A DNA stretch of 64,000 bases from Bacteroidota bacterium (GTDB taxonomy: Bacteria; Bacteroidota; Ignavibacteria; Kryptoniales; JAKASW01): assembly GCA_023480735.1 (NCBI GenBank), contig JAMCXB010000016.1, positions 576 to 64,575 on the forward strand, given 5' to 3'. The notes below the pieces were generated by a model. It ran no database searches, was not told the origin of the DNA, and saw nothing but the letters and a program-made list of their open reading frames with translations. This document shows positions 1 through 10,000 of the stretch, one piece after another. Position numbers and translations under genes: made by a program. Numbering within the stretch: position 1 is the first letter of the stretch; every line of letters begins with the position of its first letter.

Positions 1-738
1 GTCAATGACGCCTGTGTGCTTTTGGGCAAGCCGAATGTCTACGGCTCGATATTGCGGTTCGACGGCCAGGTAAGCATCTTCGATGCGAAGCGCGGGCCTT
101 GTTACAGATGTCTTTATCCGGCTCCGCCTCCCCCGGGTCTTGTCCCCAGCTGCGCTGAGGGCGGAGTGCTCGGTGTCCTGCCCGGAATAATCGGCACCCT
201 TCAGGCGCTCGAGGTTATTAAGCTCCTGCTCGACGAAGGTGACCCGCTGATCGGGAGACTTGTCCTGTTTGATGCGCTGAAGTTCAAGTTTCGCGAACTG
301 AAATTGAGAAAAAACCCTGACTGCCCCATATGCGGGAACACCCCATCGATCCATTCTCTGATCGACTATGAACAGTTTTGCGGGATCGTAAAACCGTCAG
401 CCCCCGCGAAGAAGGTCGATGAAAATACCGAGATAACGGTTCAACAACTTAAAGCTCGACTCGACCGGGGCGACGAGGTTTTTATTTTAGACGTCCGTGA
501 GCCTCGGGAATATGAAATCGTCAACCTGGGAGCTCCCCTGATACCGCTCTCCGAATTGCCAAAGAGATACGGCGAATTAGATCCATCGAGAGAAATTGTG
601 GTTTGCTGCAAAATGGGTGGACGAAGCGCAAAGGCAGCCGCATTTCTCAGACAGCACGGTTTCAAGAGGGTCAAAAACCTTTTGGGAGGAATCGATGCCT
701 GGGTCGAGAAAATTGATCCGAGTCTGCCTCATTATTGA
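1..738 (+). CDS. moeB: MoeB/MoeZ-type adenylyltransferase with C-terminal rhodanese domain (5' end outside window)
   Basis: Frame is open from base 1. Motifs: PCYRCLYP, PSCAEGGVLG (catalytic Cys), CPICG, rhodanese LDVREPREY and CCKMGGRS. Confidence 0.92.
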   Translation, partial: VNDACVLLGKPNVYGSILRFDGQVSIFDAKRGPCYRCLYPAPPPPGLVPSCAEGGVLGVLPGIIGTLQALEVIKLLLDEGDPLIGRLVLFDALKFKFRELKLRKNPDCPICGNTPSIHSLIDYEQFCGIVKPSAPAKKVDENTEITVQQLKARLDRGDEVFILDVREPREYEIVNLGAPLIPLSELPKRYGELDPSREIVVCCKMGGRSAKAAAFLRQHGFKRVKNLLGGIDAWVEKIDPSLPHY

Positions 739-768
739 CATGCAATAGATTTAACGAAGGAAAAGAAA

Positions 769-1059
769 ATGGCACTGTATGTAGTCAAGCATGAACATTC
801 AAACGAAACCTGCCCGGCCCGCAACAAAGAAATGGGAGGGATGTTGCTAACACACCTCTCTGCCGAAAATGCCGGGCGGAACGGTCTAAAAATAAATGCG
901 GAAGCTGTCATCGACGGTGCGCACACCTTGTACCTTATCGTGGAGGCGGAGGATGAGAAAAATGTGAAAAAGTTCATGGAGCCTTTTGCAATGGCTGGAA
1001 GCGTCGAGGTCATGCCCGCGTCGGTGTGCGAAGTCGTCGTTGAGCGCGGGTCCTGCTGA
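769..1059 (+). CDS. Small hypothetical protein, possibly DUF3303/GYD-like dimeric alpha-beta barrel
   Basis: 96-aa ORF with AAGGA RBS, HxHxxxxCP N-terminus and C-terminal Cys. The family is a guess. Confidence 0.6.
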   Translation: MALYVVKHEHSNETCPARNKEMGGMLLTHLSAENAGRNGLKINAEAVIDGAHTLYLIVEAEDEKNVKKFMEPFAMAGSVEVMPASVCEVVVERGSC

Positions 1060-1126
1060 CCAGCGTGGCGGTTCAAGAGTACGTCTTGGGTCATCCGAGA
1101 TATATGGCCCATTACCACGAAGGTTG

Positions 1127-1250
1127 GTAACCCCACACTTATGGTTTCTGGCCAAGCCGCAAATGAGCTCGCAAAGCAAACCGCTCGTCAACATTTCTTT
1201 GCGTTCTTGGCGCCTTTGCGAGAGAAATAACCCTTTCAGTGAGGCATTAC
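1127..1250. mobile_element. 124-bp MITE (family A) with GTAA...TTAC ends and 8-bp TSD
   Basis: Flanked by GAAGGTTG at 1119-1126 and 1251-1258. Imperfect TIRs GTAACCCCACACT / GTAATGCCTCACT. A near-identical inverted copy lies at 62377-62494. Confidence 0.9.
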
Positions 1251-1270
1251 GAAGGTTGCGCCATTTCGTC

Positions 1271-1299
1271 TTGAAAAGATAAAACGGGAGTATTACCTT
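1271..1299 (+). promoter_or_regulatory. Putative sigma70 promoter of cydAB
   Basis: TTGAAA-17 bp-TACCTT, ending about 25 bp before the cydA ATG. Confidence 0.45.
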
Positions 1300-1323
1300 A
1301 GTACCGTTAGAAGGAACTAAGGG

Positions 1324-2646
1324 ATGCTTTGGGATCGCTTACAATTCGCTTTCACGGTAACCTACCATTATCTTTTTCCACAGCTTACCATGGGACTGGC
1401 GCTAATCATAGTCTTCATGAAGTGGCGCTATCTAAAGACGAACAACGACAGCTGGAACAGGGCGGCGAAGTTCTGGGCGCGAATATTCGCGATAAACTTC
1501 ACGGTCGGAGTCGTCACGGGAATTCCGCTCGAGTTTCAGTTCGGGACAAACTGGGCAGGTTTCTCTAACTTTGCCGGAGGGGTAATAGGGCAAACGCTCG
1601 CCATGGAAGGGGTCTTTGCATTCTTCCTGGAGTCCGCGTTGCTCGGCCTGTTTCTGTTCGGGGAGAAGAAGCTCGGGAGGCGTGGCCACTTCGCGGTAGC
1701 GGCGGGTTTGTGTGCAGGGAGCTGGCTTTCCGGCTACTTCATAATTGTGACAAACGCGTTCATGCAGCATCCTGTGGGTTATGCCGTCGGTCCAAACGGC
1801 ACCCTTCAACTCGCGAGTTTCTGGGGATTTCTTCTCAACCCCTGGGCAATCTGGGAATATGCCCATAATATGAGTGCTTCTGTGGTCACTGCCGCAACCG
1901 TGGTGGCGTCGGTGGGGGCGCTGTGGAGGCTCATCGGAAAGTATAACGAAGAATCCGGTCTGTTCCTTCGGGTCGGTATCGTTACCGCCCTTGTCGCAAG
2001 CATTCTGCAGATATTCCCGACCGGTGACCGGAACGGCAAACTTGTCGCCGATTATCAGCCGGCATCGCTCGCAGCGCTGGAAGGAGTGTTCAAAAGCGGA
2101 AGCGGTGCCCCGCTCGCAATCATCGGGCAACCGAACGTAGACGAGCAGACGCTTGAAAATCCGATTGTTGTACCGGGGATGCTGAGCTTTCTTGCGTACG
2201 GTTCATTTGAAGCGACAGTGAAGGGTCTCGATGCATTCCCGCAGACGGACTGGCCTGACAATATTCCACTTTTATACTACAGTTATCACATTATGGTGGG
2301 GCTCGGCACGCTGATCCTCGCCCTCATGGCCATAAGCGCACTGCTGCTGTGGCTCCGCCGACTTGAGAAATCGAGAGCCGTACTGTGGCTCCTCATGCTC
2401 GCATTTCCATTTCCGTACATCGCGACTACTGCAGGTTGGTTGACTGCGGAGCTCGGCAGGCAGCCGTGGATTGTGTACAATCTGTTCAGGACTAGTGCAG
2501 CCGCGTCGCCGATGGTCAATACAGGCGATGTGGTTTTCACGACCATCGGGTTCGTCGGCCTCTATTTCGTCATAGGCGTCGGTTTCCTCTATCTGGTTGG
2601 CCGGGAGATCGCACGCGGCCCCGTATACGCCGAAAGGAGGGGCTGA
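1324..2646 (+). CDS. cydA: Cytochrome bd quinol oxidase subunit I (short Q-loop)
   Basis: RLQFAFTVTYHYLF (heme His), EFQFGTNW, AFFLES, ELGRQPW. Confidence 0.97.
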   Translation: MLWDRLQFAFTVTYHYLFPQLTMGLALIIVFMKWRYLKTNNDSWNRAAKFWARIFAINFTVGVVTGIPLEFQFGTNWAGFSNFAGGVIGQTLAMEGVFAFFLESALLGLFLFGEKKLGRRGHFAVAAGLCAGSWLSGYFIIVTNAFMQHPVGYAVGPNGTLQLASFWGFLLNPWAIWEYAHNMSASVVTAATVVASVGALWRLIGKYNEESGLFLRVGIVTALVASILQIFPTGDRNGKLVADYQPASLAALEGVFKSGSGAPLAIIGQPNVDEQTLENPIVVPGMLSFLAYGSFEATVKGLDAFPQTDWPDNIPLLYYSYHIMVGLGTLILALMAISALLLWLRRLEKSRAVLWLLMLAFPFPYIATTAGWLTAELGRQPWIVYNLFRTSAAASPMVNTGDVVFTTIGFVGLYFVIGVGFLYLVGREIARGPVYAERRG

Positions 2647-2650
2647 TAAG

Positions 2651-3691
2651 ATGCAGGCACTATGGTACGCGCTGCTCGCAGCGATGCTTATTGTTTTCGT
2701 GGTGCTGGACGGATTTGATTTCGGCGCCGGCATTGTGTACAGGTTTGTTGCTAAGACAGATTCGGAACGCCGCCAACTCTTGTCGGCAATCGGTCCCGTG
2801 TGGGACGGTAACGAGGTGTGGCTTCTCGCGGCAGGAGGGACTCTCTTCTTTGCGTTCCCGAAGGCTTACGCAGCCGGGTTTAGCGGGTTGTACATGCCGC
2901 TCGTTATTCTTTTGTGGCTTCTTATCCTTCGCGGACTCGCAATTGAACTCCGTTCTCACGAACCGTATAGACTCTGGCACGATTTCTGGGATGGAACGCT
3001 ACAGTTTGCGTCGGTGCTGATAGCCGTAATATTCGGCGCGGCTTTCGGCAATCTCGTCCGCGGGGTACCTTTAAACGCCTCGGGTTACTTTTCGATTCCC
3101 CTGTTTACGAATTTGTTGCCGTATTCGTGGATCGGCGTTCTGGATTACTACACGATTACTGCGGGAGTCTTCTGCCTGTCGGTACTGGCCATGCACGGTG
3201 CACTTTTTCTTGTATGGAAGACAGATGGGCCGGTGCGCGAACGGAGCGTCCAACTCGCGAGGCGGCTGTGGTGGTCAGTGATCGCGTTGGCAGCGATTAC
3301 CTTCGTCCTGACCCTCTTCGTGCAACCCGGTTTCTTCTCTCCGCTCGTCGATAGAGTGTGGCCACTTATACTTGTCATTATATCACTGGCGGGATTCTTC
3401 TATATCCCCACAGCCCTCAGGGGGTCCGCTGACTTGCGCCCGTTTCTCGGATCGGTCACTTTTATCGTCGGATTGCTTGCCGCCATAGCGGGCACACTCT
3501 TCCCAAACCTTATCGTCTCCACTCTCGATCCTTCGTACACTCTTACCGCGTACAGTGCGTCGACTAGCCCTTATGGTTTGCAGGTCGGGCTCGTATGGTG
3601 GACCATCGGCATGATACTCGTGGTGTTCTACTTTGTCTTCGTTTACCGCAACCTGTCAGGAAAGGTGACCGAAGGGGTGCCCCGGGAATAG
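2651..3691 (+). CDS. cydB: Cytochrome bd oxidase subunit II
   Basis: VLDGFDFGAG and IGPVWDGNEVWL. Start taken at ATG 2651, after GGAGG and just past the cydA stop. Confidence 0.96.
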   Translation: MQALWYALLAAMLIVFVVLDGFDFGAGIVYRFVAKTDSERRQLLSAIGPVWDGNEVWLLAAGGTLFFAFPKAYAAGFSGLYMPLVILLWLLILRGLAIELRSHEPYRLWHDFWDGTLQFASVLIAVIFGAAFGNLVRGVPLNASGYFSIPLFTNLLPYSWIGVLDYYTITAGVFCLSVLAMHGALFLVWKTDGPVRERSVQLARRLWWSVIALAAITFVLTLFVQPGFFSPLVDRVWPLILVIISLAGFFYIPTALRGSADLRPFLGSVTFIVGLLAAIAGTLFPNLIVSTLDPSYTLTAYSASTSPYGLQVGLVWWTIGMILVVFYFVFVYRNLSGKVTEGVPRE

Positions 3692-3981
3692 CAGGACAAC
3701 TTTTCGCCAGACTCTTTTCGCACGGATGGCGAATTCCGCCCGTTTACACCGCTGCTGAAAGGCACCAAAGAAAGGTTGCATAATTATCCTTCCGTATTCA
3801 TTATATTATATCAAGTAACAGAAACATCTTCTCCCCACCTGTTTAGAAGAAAGGGCGACGGTGTTCAGAAGCCGGGATTTGGTCTTCTTCTAAGGATACT
3901 TCTGATAACAAAGGAACCCGTACTCCTTCTCAGCCACTGATTCCCCCAATATATTTATTACATACATAACGAAAGGTTTCA

Positions 3982-5178
3982 ATGAAATCACAGTCTTTTG
4001 TGCTGAGCGATGAAATAACCACATTGCTTGAAGCACAGGGAATCACGGTGGCAACGCCGGTCCAGGAAGAAATAATACCGGCAATTGCAAATGGGCAGGA
4101 CGTTCTGGCTCAATCTGAGACAGGCTCGGGAAAGACGTTAAGCTTTGCGATTCCTATAATCGAACAACTGAAGAAACGCGACGGTTTGAAGGCGCTCGTT
4201 CTCGTCCCGACGAGGGAACTCGCCACACAGGTCGCGGGAGAGTTCGTAAAATACTCGGCGGGCAAACACCTCGGTATCGTGCCTGTCTACGGCGGGGTAT
4301 CGATAAACGCTCAAGCCTCCAAGCTCAGGCAGGCGAACATTATCGTCGCGACTCCGGGTCGGCTTATTGACCTGCTGAATAGAAACGTTGTCAGGCTGCA
4401 ATCCATAAAGTATTTCGTCTGCGATGAGGCGGACCGCATGCTGGATATGGGGTTCGTGCGAGACGTCGAACGCATCGCAGCTCAGCTTCCGGCACAGCAT
4501 CAGACTCTGCTCTTCAGCGCGACCGTGCCCAAGGAAATCGAAAGACTTGCGGCAAGGTACCTTCATAACCCGAAGAATGTTCGGTTCGCTTCTACGGTGA
4601 AGCCGATTTTCCTTCGCCAGGTTTATTACCGCGTGTCCCCCGAAGCCAAGCTGGATCTACTCGCGGATTTGCTGGAACAGGAACGTCATCTGGCCATCGT
4701 CTTTTGCAACCGAAAGCACATCACGGTAAAGGTGGCCAAAAGGCTGACCGCTATCGGAATACAGGCACGGGCTCTCAACGGGAACATGTCTCAGCCTCAG
4801 CGCGAAAAAGTAACAGATGATTTCCGAAGAGAAAAGTTTACAGTCCTCGTCGCGACCGATGTCGCGGCCCGCGGACTGCACATCGACGATGTTTCCCATG
4901 TGTACAACTACGAAATTCCGAAGGATGTCGAATCGTACACCCACCGGGTCGGACGGACGGCTCGCGCCGGGCAGAAGGGCGAAGCCATCTCGCTCGTAGC
5001 GACCGAAGAGGAAAAGAAGTTCTTCAAGCAGATTCTTTTTAAGTACCGTGGAGAAATTGCTTTAAAAGAATCAGGGGACATAGATGTGCGCGCGGCAAAG
5101 CCGGCTCCAGCTCCGTTGGAGAGCAAACAGCGCAGGAGGAATGACGAAGTCGTGAAGAACAGACGCCCTCGTCGTTAG
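3982..5178 (+). CDS. DEAD-box RNA helicase
   Basis: Q motif TPVQ, SETGSGKT, PTRELA, TPGR, DEAD, SAT, HRVGRTAR. Confidence 0.96.
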   Translation: MKSQSFVLSDEITTLLEAQGITVATPVQEEIIPAIANGQDVLAQSETGSGKTLSFAIPIIEQLKKRDGLKALVLVPTRELATQVAGEFVKYSAGKHLGIVPVYGGVSINAQASKLRQANIIVATPGRLIDLLNRNVVRLQSIKYFVCDEADRMLDMGFVRDVERIAAQLPAQHQTLLFSATVPKEIERLAARYLHNPKNVRFASTVKPIFLRQVYYRVSPEAKLDLLADLLEQERHLAIVFCNRKHITVKVAKRLTAIGIQARALNGNMSQPQREKVTDDFRREKFTVLVATDVAARGLHIDDVSHVYNYEIPKDVESYTHRVGRTARAGQKGEAISLVATEEEKKFFKQILFKYRGEIALKESGDIDVRAAKPAPAPLESKQRRRNDEVVKNRRPRR

Positions 5179-5199
5179 AAAGAAGTAAACGGAAGACTT

Positions 5200-5880
5200 C
5201 ATTATGACAATCTAAAAAGCATCCCGGAAATGCAGATATCACAGGTAGTGATATCTATGAGCATTCAACAAAGATATAGACGCACCTTTGGATGTAATTT
5301 GGATTGGCGCAGAGCATGACATTCCCGATTCCAGAGAACTGGGCATCAACCCGATCGACGGGTGATGCCCGTCGATGAGCGCAGGAAGATCGGATGCCGC
5401 CAAAGAACGTACTGGTTGTGCAGAAAGCATTCATTGGGCACAACCTCGTACGCAAAGACGGCAGCCTCTTTTCGGTTGAGATAAATGCGCGGATTCTACT
5501 TAACCGCAGCATTATTGCGATTGTCCGCGACATAAGCGAGCGGAAAACACCGAAGGAACGGCTGAGGCTTGTTTCTTCCAAAGGCTCAGGTGAAGAAGAA
5601 CCTCACACCATCATTGATATCACCGAACCTCATTATGACAACACTCTCGCTTCCAATGCAATCAGGTACGGAACCGTCCTCACATCGGACCGCGTGCACG
5701 ACGCCCGGCGGGAAGATACTCATGGCGAATCCAGCATTACTAAAGATGCTGGGTTACGACAGTATGGACAAGGTTGCCGAGCGAGACATATCAATGGGAG
5801 ATTTTGAGCCGGGCTACCGCCGCGAGAAATTCATCCGCCTGGAGAGATAGCAGGAATAGAAAGTGTGTGGTTCTTCAGAC
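5200..5880 (+). pseudogene. Fragmented PAS/PAC sensor gene relic
   Basis: PAC motif RKDGSLFSVEINARIL..AIVRDISERK in one frame and PAS start TTPGGKILMANPALLKMLGYDS in another, separated by frameshifts and stops. Boundaries approximate. Confidence 0.65.
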
Positions 5881-6004
5881 CGAACGTGCAGCCCTGGGCT
5901 CGAATGAATGACGACTCGAAATTTGGAGATGCAGAATACGGATTCTAAGCCTTCCGGAATCCGCGGTCACTGCGAATTCCTGAAGCAGAAGGTCCGCGGG
6001 TCAA

Positions 6005-6658
6005 TCAGCTCTGTTTTGTGTCCAGAGCCTTCAGAACTTCTTCGACATACGCCTCATCGGGAAGCGCGCCCTCGAAATGGTGTGTCTCGTTTATCACGAC
6101 TCTTGGTACGCCGCGGACGTTGTACTTCATGGATAAGTGGGGGAACTCGGTGGCTTCCACCATGTCCGCCTTGATGTTCTTGTTGAGAAAAGCAAGCTGG
6201 TGGCCGGTATAGACGGCTCTCGGACAGTAAGGGCAAGTCGGCGTGACAAAGACCTGTATGTGGACCGGTTCACTGATCATCTTCACCTGCTCAGCGACCT
6301 CGTCGCTCAGTTCGTGGGTTTGCGTCGAGACCATTTCGATGCTCTCAAGCAGTGACGCGAATTCATATCCCGAGGGAATTCCATAATACCTGATGCCGTA
6401 ATCGACGTCCGGCGAAGCAATCACTGTCGCGGGAATTTTATCAATATTGTATTTCTCAACCTGTTCTTTGTCACTGATGAAGTTGAAGACCTCCAGACTG
6501 AGTTTGTCGGAAAGTGCCGTGAGCTCTTCGAGTATCTGCCTCGTCTCCTTGCAATACTGGCACTCCAGCGATTGTGTGAAGTTTATGATCTTTACGGGAT
6601 TTACGAGATTCGCAAATCTCTTCTTGATCTCATTCTGGGCTTGTTGATCTAAAAACAT
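6005..6658 (-). CDS. Protein disulfide oxidoreductase (PDO / AhpF N-terminal-like, two thioredoxin folds)
   Basis: CQYC and CPYC motifs, GIPSGYEF. ATG 6658 follows AGGAG. Confidence 0.9.
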   Translation of the reverse strand: MFLDQQAQNEIKKRFANLVNPVKIINFTQSLECQYCKETRQILEELTALSDKLSLEVFNFISDKEQVEKYNIDKIPATVIASPDVDYGIRYYGIPSGYEFASLLESIEMVSTQTHELSDEVAEQVKMISEPVHIQVFVTPTCPYCPRAVYTGHQLAFLNKNIKADMVEATEFPHLSMKYNVRGVPRVVINETHHFEGALPDEAYVEEVLKALDTKQS

Positions 6659-6849
6659 GTTTTCTCCTAACGCGGCCTGGCCGCTATCCAAATGTTCTAC
6701 TAAAGAGGGCGCATTAGAGCGTCTGCCTCACGCTCAGCGATCACAAAGTTTCCTTCCCACTCCGGCTTCGTGAACAGATTGGCGTCTTTGCTTTTCAATC
6801 CCGGGTGTCGGTAGACTTTGCGGTCCAATCAGCCGGGATGTTGCGGTAT

Positions 6850-7050
6850 CTATGCCGTTTTCTGATTTTCCTTGCGCGTTGATATTTTAAAGGGCGCGTA
6901 AAGAGGACAGAAACCGATTAAGGCCGTTGCTAGAGGAATCAAACCGATCCAGCCCCAGGCAGTGTGCGGGCCCCAGAAATTCAAACTTATCAGGAAAAGT
7001 CCGACTATGATGCGGATCCATTTGTCAGCTGATCCAACGTTCTTGTTCAT
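6850..7050 (-). CDS. DUF2892 (YgaP-like) small membrane protein
   Basis: MNKNVGSADKWIR...LATALIGFCPLY signature; GGAGG RBS. Confidence 0.88.
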   Translation of the reverse strand: MNKNVGSADKWIRIIVGLFLISLNFWGPHTAWGWIGLIPLATALIGFCPLYAPFKISTRKENQKTA

Positions 7051-7296
7051 GATTTCCTCCAATTGTTTGTTCAGTCAATATGATGCAGGGGAGAGAAGAA
7101 AGTTTCCCCGTCGATTGGGAGACATGGCGTTCAGGACATGTTGATATTCTACACCCGCTAATATCGCCCACAGTTTGATTGGATTCAATTTGATTGCCCT
7201 TTTCTGCACGATCTCTCAACGTCCCGGTTTCTCAAGAAATTCCTTTTCTAGAATCATGATTTGTGCTAAATTGTGACAAATCAAGAGGAATGTTGC

Positions 7297-7989
7297 ATGC
7301 TTAAGCCCAGAAAAAAGATTACTAAGAAGGAACTCAAGCAAGACAAACTGGTCACTGCTTACTTCAAAGCGACGGAAATACTTCGCAACAACAGGAAGAT
7401 TGTAAGCGGGTTAGTGACCGGGCTGGTTATAGCAGTGATTGTCGTGGTTGCTTATCTGAACAATGTTGACGCGAATAACAGGAAGGCTGCGACAGACCTT
7501 TCACAGGTTCTCAATTACTTCGACGGCGGTGCATACCAGGTTGCAATTAACGGGGATCCGGCACACAACATTCCGGGGTTGAAGTCCATAGTCGACAACT
7601 ACGGCGGTTCAGAGACGGGCGAAGCGGCGAAAGTGTATCTTGCCGATTGCTACTACTACCTGGGAGATTATACCGACGCTCTGAAGTATTTTAGGGACTA
7701 CGGCGGAAACGATAAGTTCCTGAAAGCCAGTGCAGACGCGGGAGTGGCGGAGGTCTACGAAATTCAAGGCGATCACAAAAAGGCGGCGGAATATTACGAG
7801 CGGGCAGCCTCCCGTGACTCGAAGAATTTCCTGACGCCGCAATACCTGGTCGGGGCCGCTAGAAACTATATCAAGATCGGCAATAAGGATAGAGCGATTG
7901 GTCTGCTCGCACGCGTACAGAAGGACTTTCCAAATTCGCCTTATGCGGGCAATGTAAGTTACTACATGGCGCAAGCTAAAGTAGAGTAG
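7297..7989 (+). CDS. Membrane-anchored TPR protein (YfgM-like)
   Basis: Basic N-terminus, one TM helix and TPR-like helices ending in KDFPNS. Confidence 0.8.
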   Translation: MLKPRKKITKKELKQDKLVTAYFKATEILRNNRKIVSGLVTGLVIAVIVVVAYLNNVDANNRKAATDLSQVLNYFDGGAYQVAINGDPAHNIPGLKSIVDNYGGSETGEAAKVYLADCYYYLGDYTDALKYFRDYGGNDKFLKASADAGVAEVYEIQGDHKKAAEYYERAASRDSKNFLTPQYLVGAARNYIKIGNKDRAIGLLARVQKDFPNSPYAGNVSYYMAQAKVE

Positions 7990-8140
7990 AAAGGGCGGCG
8001 TTTCTTCTTCACAGTCTGCGGTTTGTGAAGATGGGTCTCAGACCCAACCGGTTTTTTCCCACGAAGAATCCTCACCGCATCACCTGCTCTGGAGACTATC
8101 ACCGGCCTTACCCAAAGTACAAGTGCTCCATGTCGCACTC

Positions 8141-8689
8141 TCAGGCGTCTTCTTGAAGCTGGGCTTCGCGGTGAAGAGCTGCGTTAATCTCGTTCAGAAT
8201 ATTTGTTTGAATTAGATTGATTGACTCCGTCACATCCGGGGTGAGCCTGGAAGTGTATGAGAACTCCTTCCCAACAATCCCATAGAAGATCACCTTCCTG
8301 GGCAATGCTTTTAAAGCGCGCGCGAGCTCGACAACTTGTGCAGAATCAAAAGCATGAGTGGAGAAAGAAAAGAAATTTTCCGGCATGGGTTCTTCGCTTG
8401 CATCCACGCGGAAGATTGTACCGGCGGCAGCGGACGACCGGACAGCATCTATTATTACCAATGCGTCAGTAGAGCGCATTAACTCAAGGAGGTCGGACTG
8501 ATCGCCCATTAGTTCGGCCGTCCTCACATCCGCCGGCACCTTTTCTCTCAACTTTCTTACGACCAATACCCCTGCTCCATCATCGCCCCGGAATTCATTC
8601 CCTACTCCGACAATAGTGATGTTTACCCTCTCTTTTTTCCCCTCAAGAGAGGTAGGAGCGCTGCGAGCCGGTGTACTTTCGCCCTTCAT
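8141..8689 (-). CDS. Hydrogenase maturation protease
   Basis: GVGNEFRGDDGAG, IIDAV and STH motifs; last gene of the hydrogenase operon. Confidence 0.92.
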   Translation of the reverse strand: MKGESTPARSAPTSLEGKKERVNITIVGVGNEFRGDDGAGVLVVRKLREKVPADVRTAELMGDQSDLLELMRSTDALVIIDAVRSSAAAGTIFRVDASEEPMPENFFSFSTHAFDSAQVVELARALKALPRKVIFYGIVGKEFSYTSRLTPDVTESINLIQTNILNEINAALHREAQLQEDA

Positions 8690-8707
8690 CTTATTCCCTG
8701 CGTCGGG

Positions 8708-10000
8708 TCAGGAGATTTCGAGTTTCAGGAAATGAGTCGCACATGAGATGCAGGGATCGTAGTTACGCACGACCTGCTCGCATCTGAGGGTCAGTTCCTG
8801 CTTCGGCATTTCAATGTTCGCCGTTACAAAACTTCTCAGGTCTGCCTCGATCATCTTTTGATTCTGAGATGTAGGAGGCACAATCTTGGCGTCCTTTATC
8901 GCCCCGTCTTCGCCGACCATGTATCGGTGATAAAGGATTCCTCGCGGCGCTTCGGTGCAACCGAAACCGAATCCGGGCTGCACGGAATATTCGATGGCCG
9001 GTTTCTCCGGCTGTTCGTAATTTTCGATTATCCGGATCGCCTCATCACACGCGTAAAGTGTTTCCACGGCTCGGGCCACTATGCTCTTGAAGGGGTTCGA
9101 AATCGGCGGCTCCGCATTCGCCTCTCTTGCGGCTTTCCTGGCGAGCGGAGAAAGCTTGTCGAAATTAAGATTGTATCTTGCCAACGGACCGACGAAGTAG
9201 GCTCCCTTGCCTTTCATCTCCGACTGCAACGCGTTCGTATAAGAGGCATGTGTTTCATGGAACACAAGCTCGTATTCGCGAATGTCGATATTGAGGCCTT
9301 TATTTGAGACAAGCCTCCCTTCGTTGAACGGGTACTCGTCCGGATGACTCAGCGAGACAAACTCATAATCACACTCGAAACTGGGGAAGGGGAGCGAGGC
9401 TGTCCAAAGCACCGTCTCGTAGGCTTCGTCCCGAGCGCGCTTCAGCCGCTCGAGAATTTCAAGGAAATCCTTCTTCGCCGGCAATTTGTAAAACCCGCCG
9501 ACCTTGACGTTGATCGGATGAATCTCTCTGCCGGCAAGAATGGTGACCAAATCATTGCCGGTTTTCTTGAGCCTCAGACCTCGCTGAACGGCGTCCGGAT
9601 GATCTTTTGCAAGCTGGATCGCATCTTCATACCCGAGGAAATCGGGTGCATGGAGCATATATACGTGCAGCGCATGGCTCTCGATCCATTCGCCGCAGTA
9701 GAGCAGGCGCCTCAACTCGCGAAGTTGTCCATCGACTCTAACTCCGAATGCATTTTCCATCGCATGAACCGAGCTCATCTGGTATGCTATGGGGCAAATG
9801 CCGCAGATACGTGCGGTAATGTCAGGTGCTTCAGAGTATTTTCTGCCCCGCAGAAAAGCCTCAAAAAATCGGGGAGGCTCGAATATTCTGAATTTCACGT
9901 CGTTGACTTGGCCGTCTTTCATCTTCACGATGAGAGAGCCTTCTCCCTCGACACGGGCGAGATAGTCAACCTTTATGGTCCTGGCCGGCTTATTTTTCAT
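8708..10000 (-). CDS. Group 3b NiFe-hydrogenase (sulfhydrogenase) large/alpha subunit
   Basis: ARVEGEG, L1 RICGIC, EAPRG, L2 DPCISCATH plus a short cleavable tail. Likely start ATG 10000 (MKNKP). Confidence 0.95.
   Translation of the reverse strand: MKNKPARTIKVDYLARVEGEGSLIVKMKDGQVNDVKFRIFEPPRFFEAFLRGRKYSEAPDITARICGICPIAYQMSSVHAMENAFGVRVDGQLRELRRLLYCGEWIESHALHVYMLHAPDFLGYEDAIQLAKDHPDAVQRGLRLKKTGNDLVTILAGREIHPINVKVGGFYKLPAKKDFLEILERLKRARDEAYETVLWTASLPFPSFECDYEFVSLSHPDEYPFNEGRLVSNKGLNIDIREYELVFHETHASYTNALQSEMKGKGAYFVGPLARYNLNFDKLSPLARKAAREANAEPPISNPFKSIVARAVETLYACDEAIRIIENYEQPEKPAIEYSVQPGFGFGCTEAPRGILYHRYMVGEDGAIKDAKIVPPTSQNQKMIEADLRSFVTANIEMPKQELTLRCEQVVRNYDPCISCATHFLKLEIS

Noticed and set aside
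2050-2085. CydA QPASLAALE lacking the Q-loop Lys
   Set aside because: A single substitution at a position that varies among bd subfamilies; heme ligands are intact.
7175-7188. FNR-like box TTGAT-N4-TTCAA
   Set aside because: A single imperfect match with no supporting sites near cyd or the hydrogenase.
8030-8052. GGGTCTCAGACCC hairpin as a REP
   Set aside because: Only one copy seen; it may simply be part of a terminator between convergent genes.
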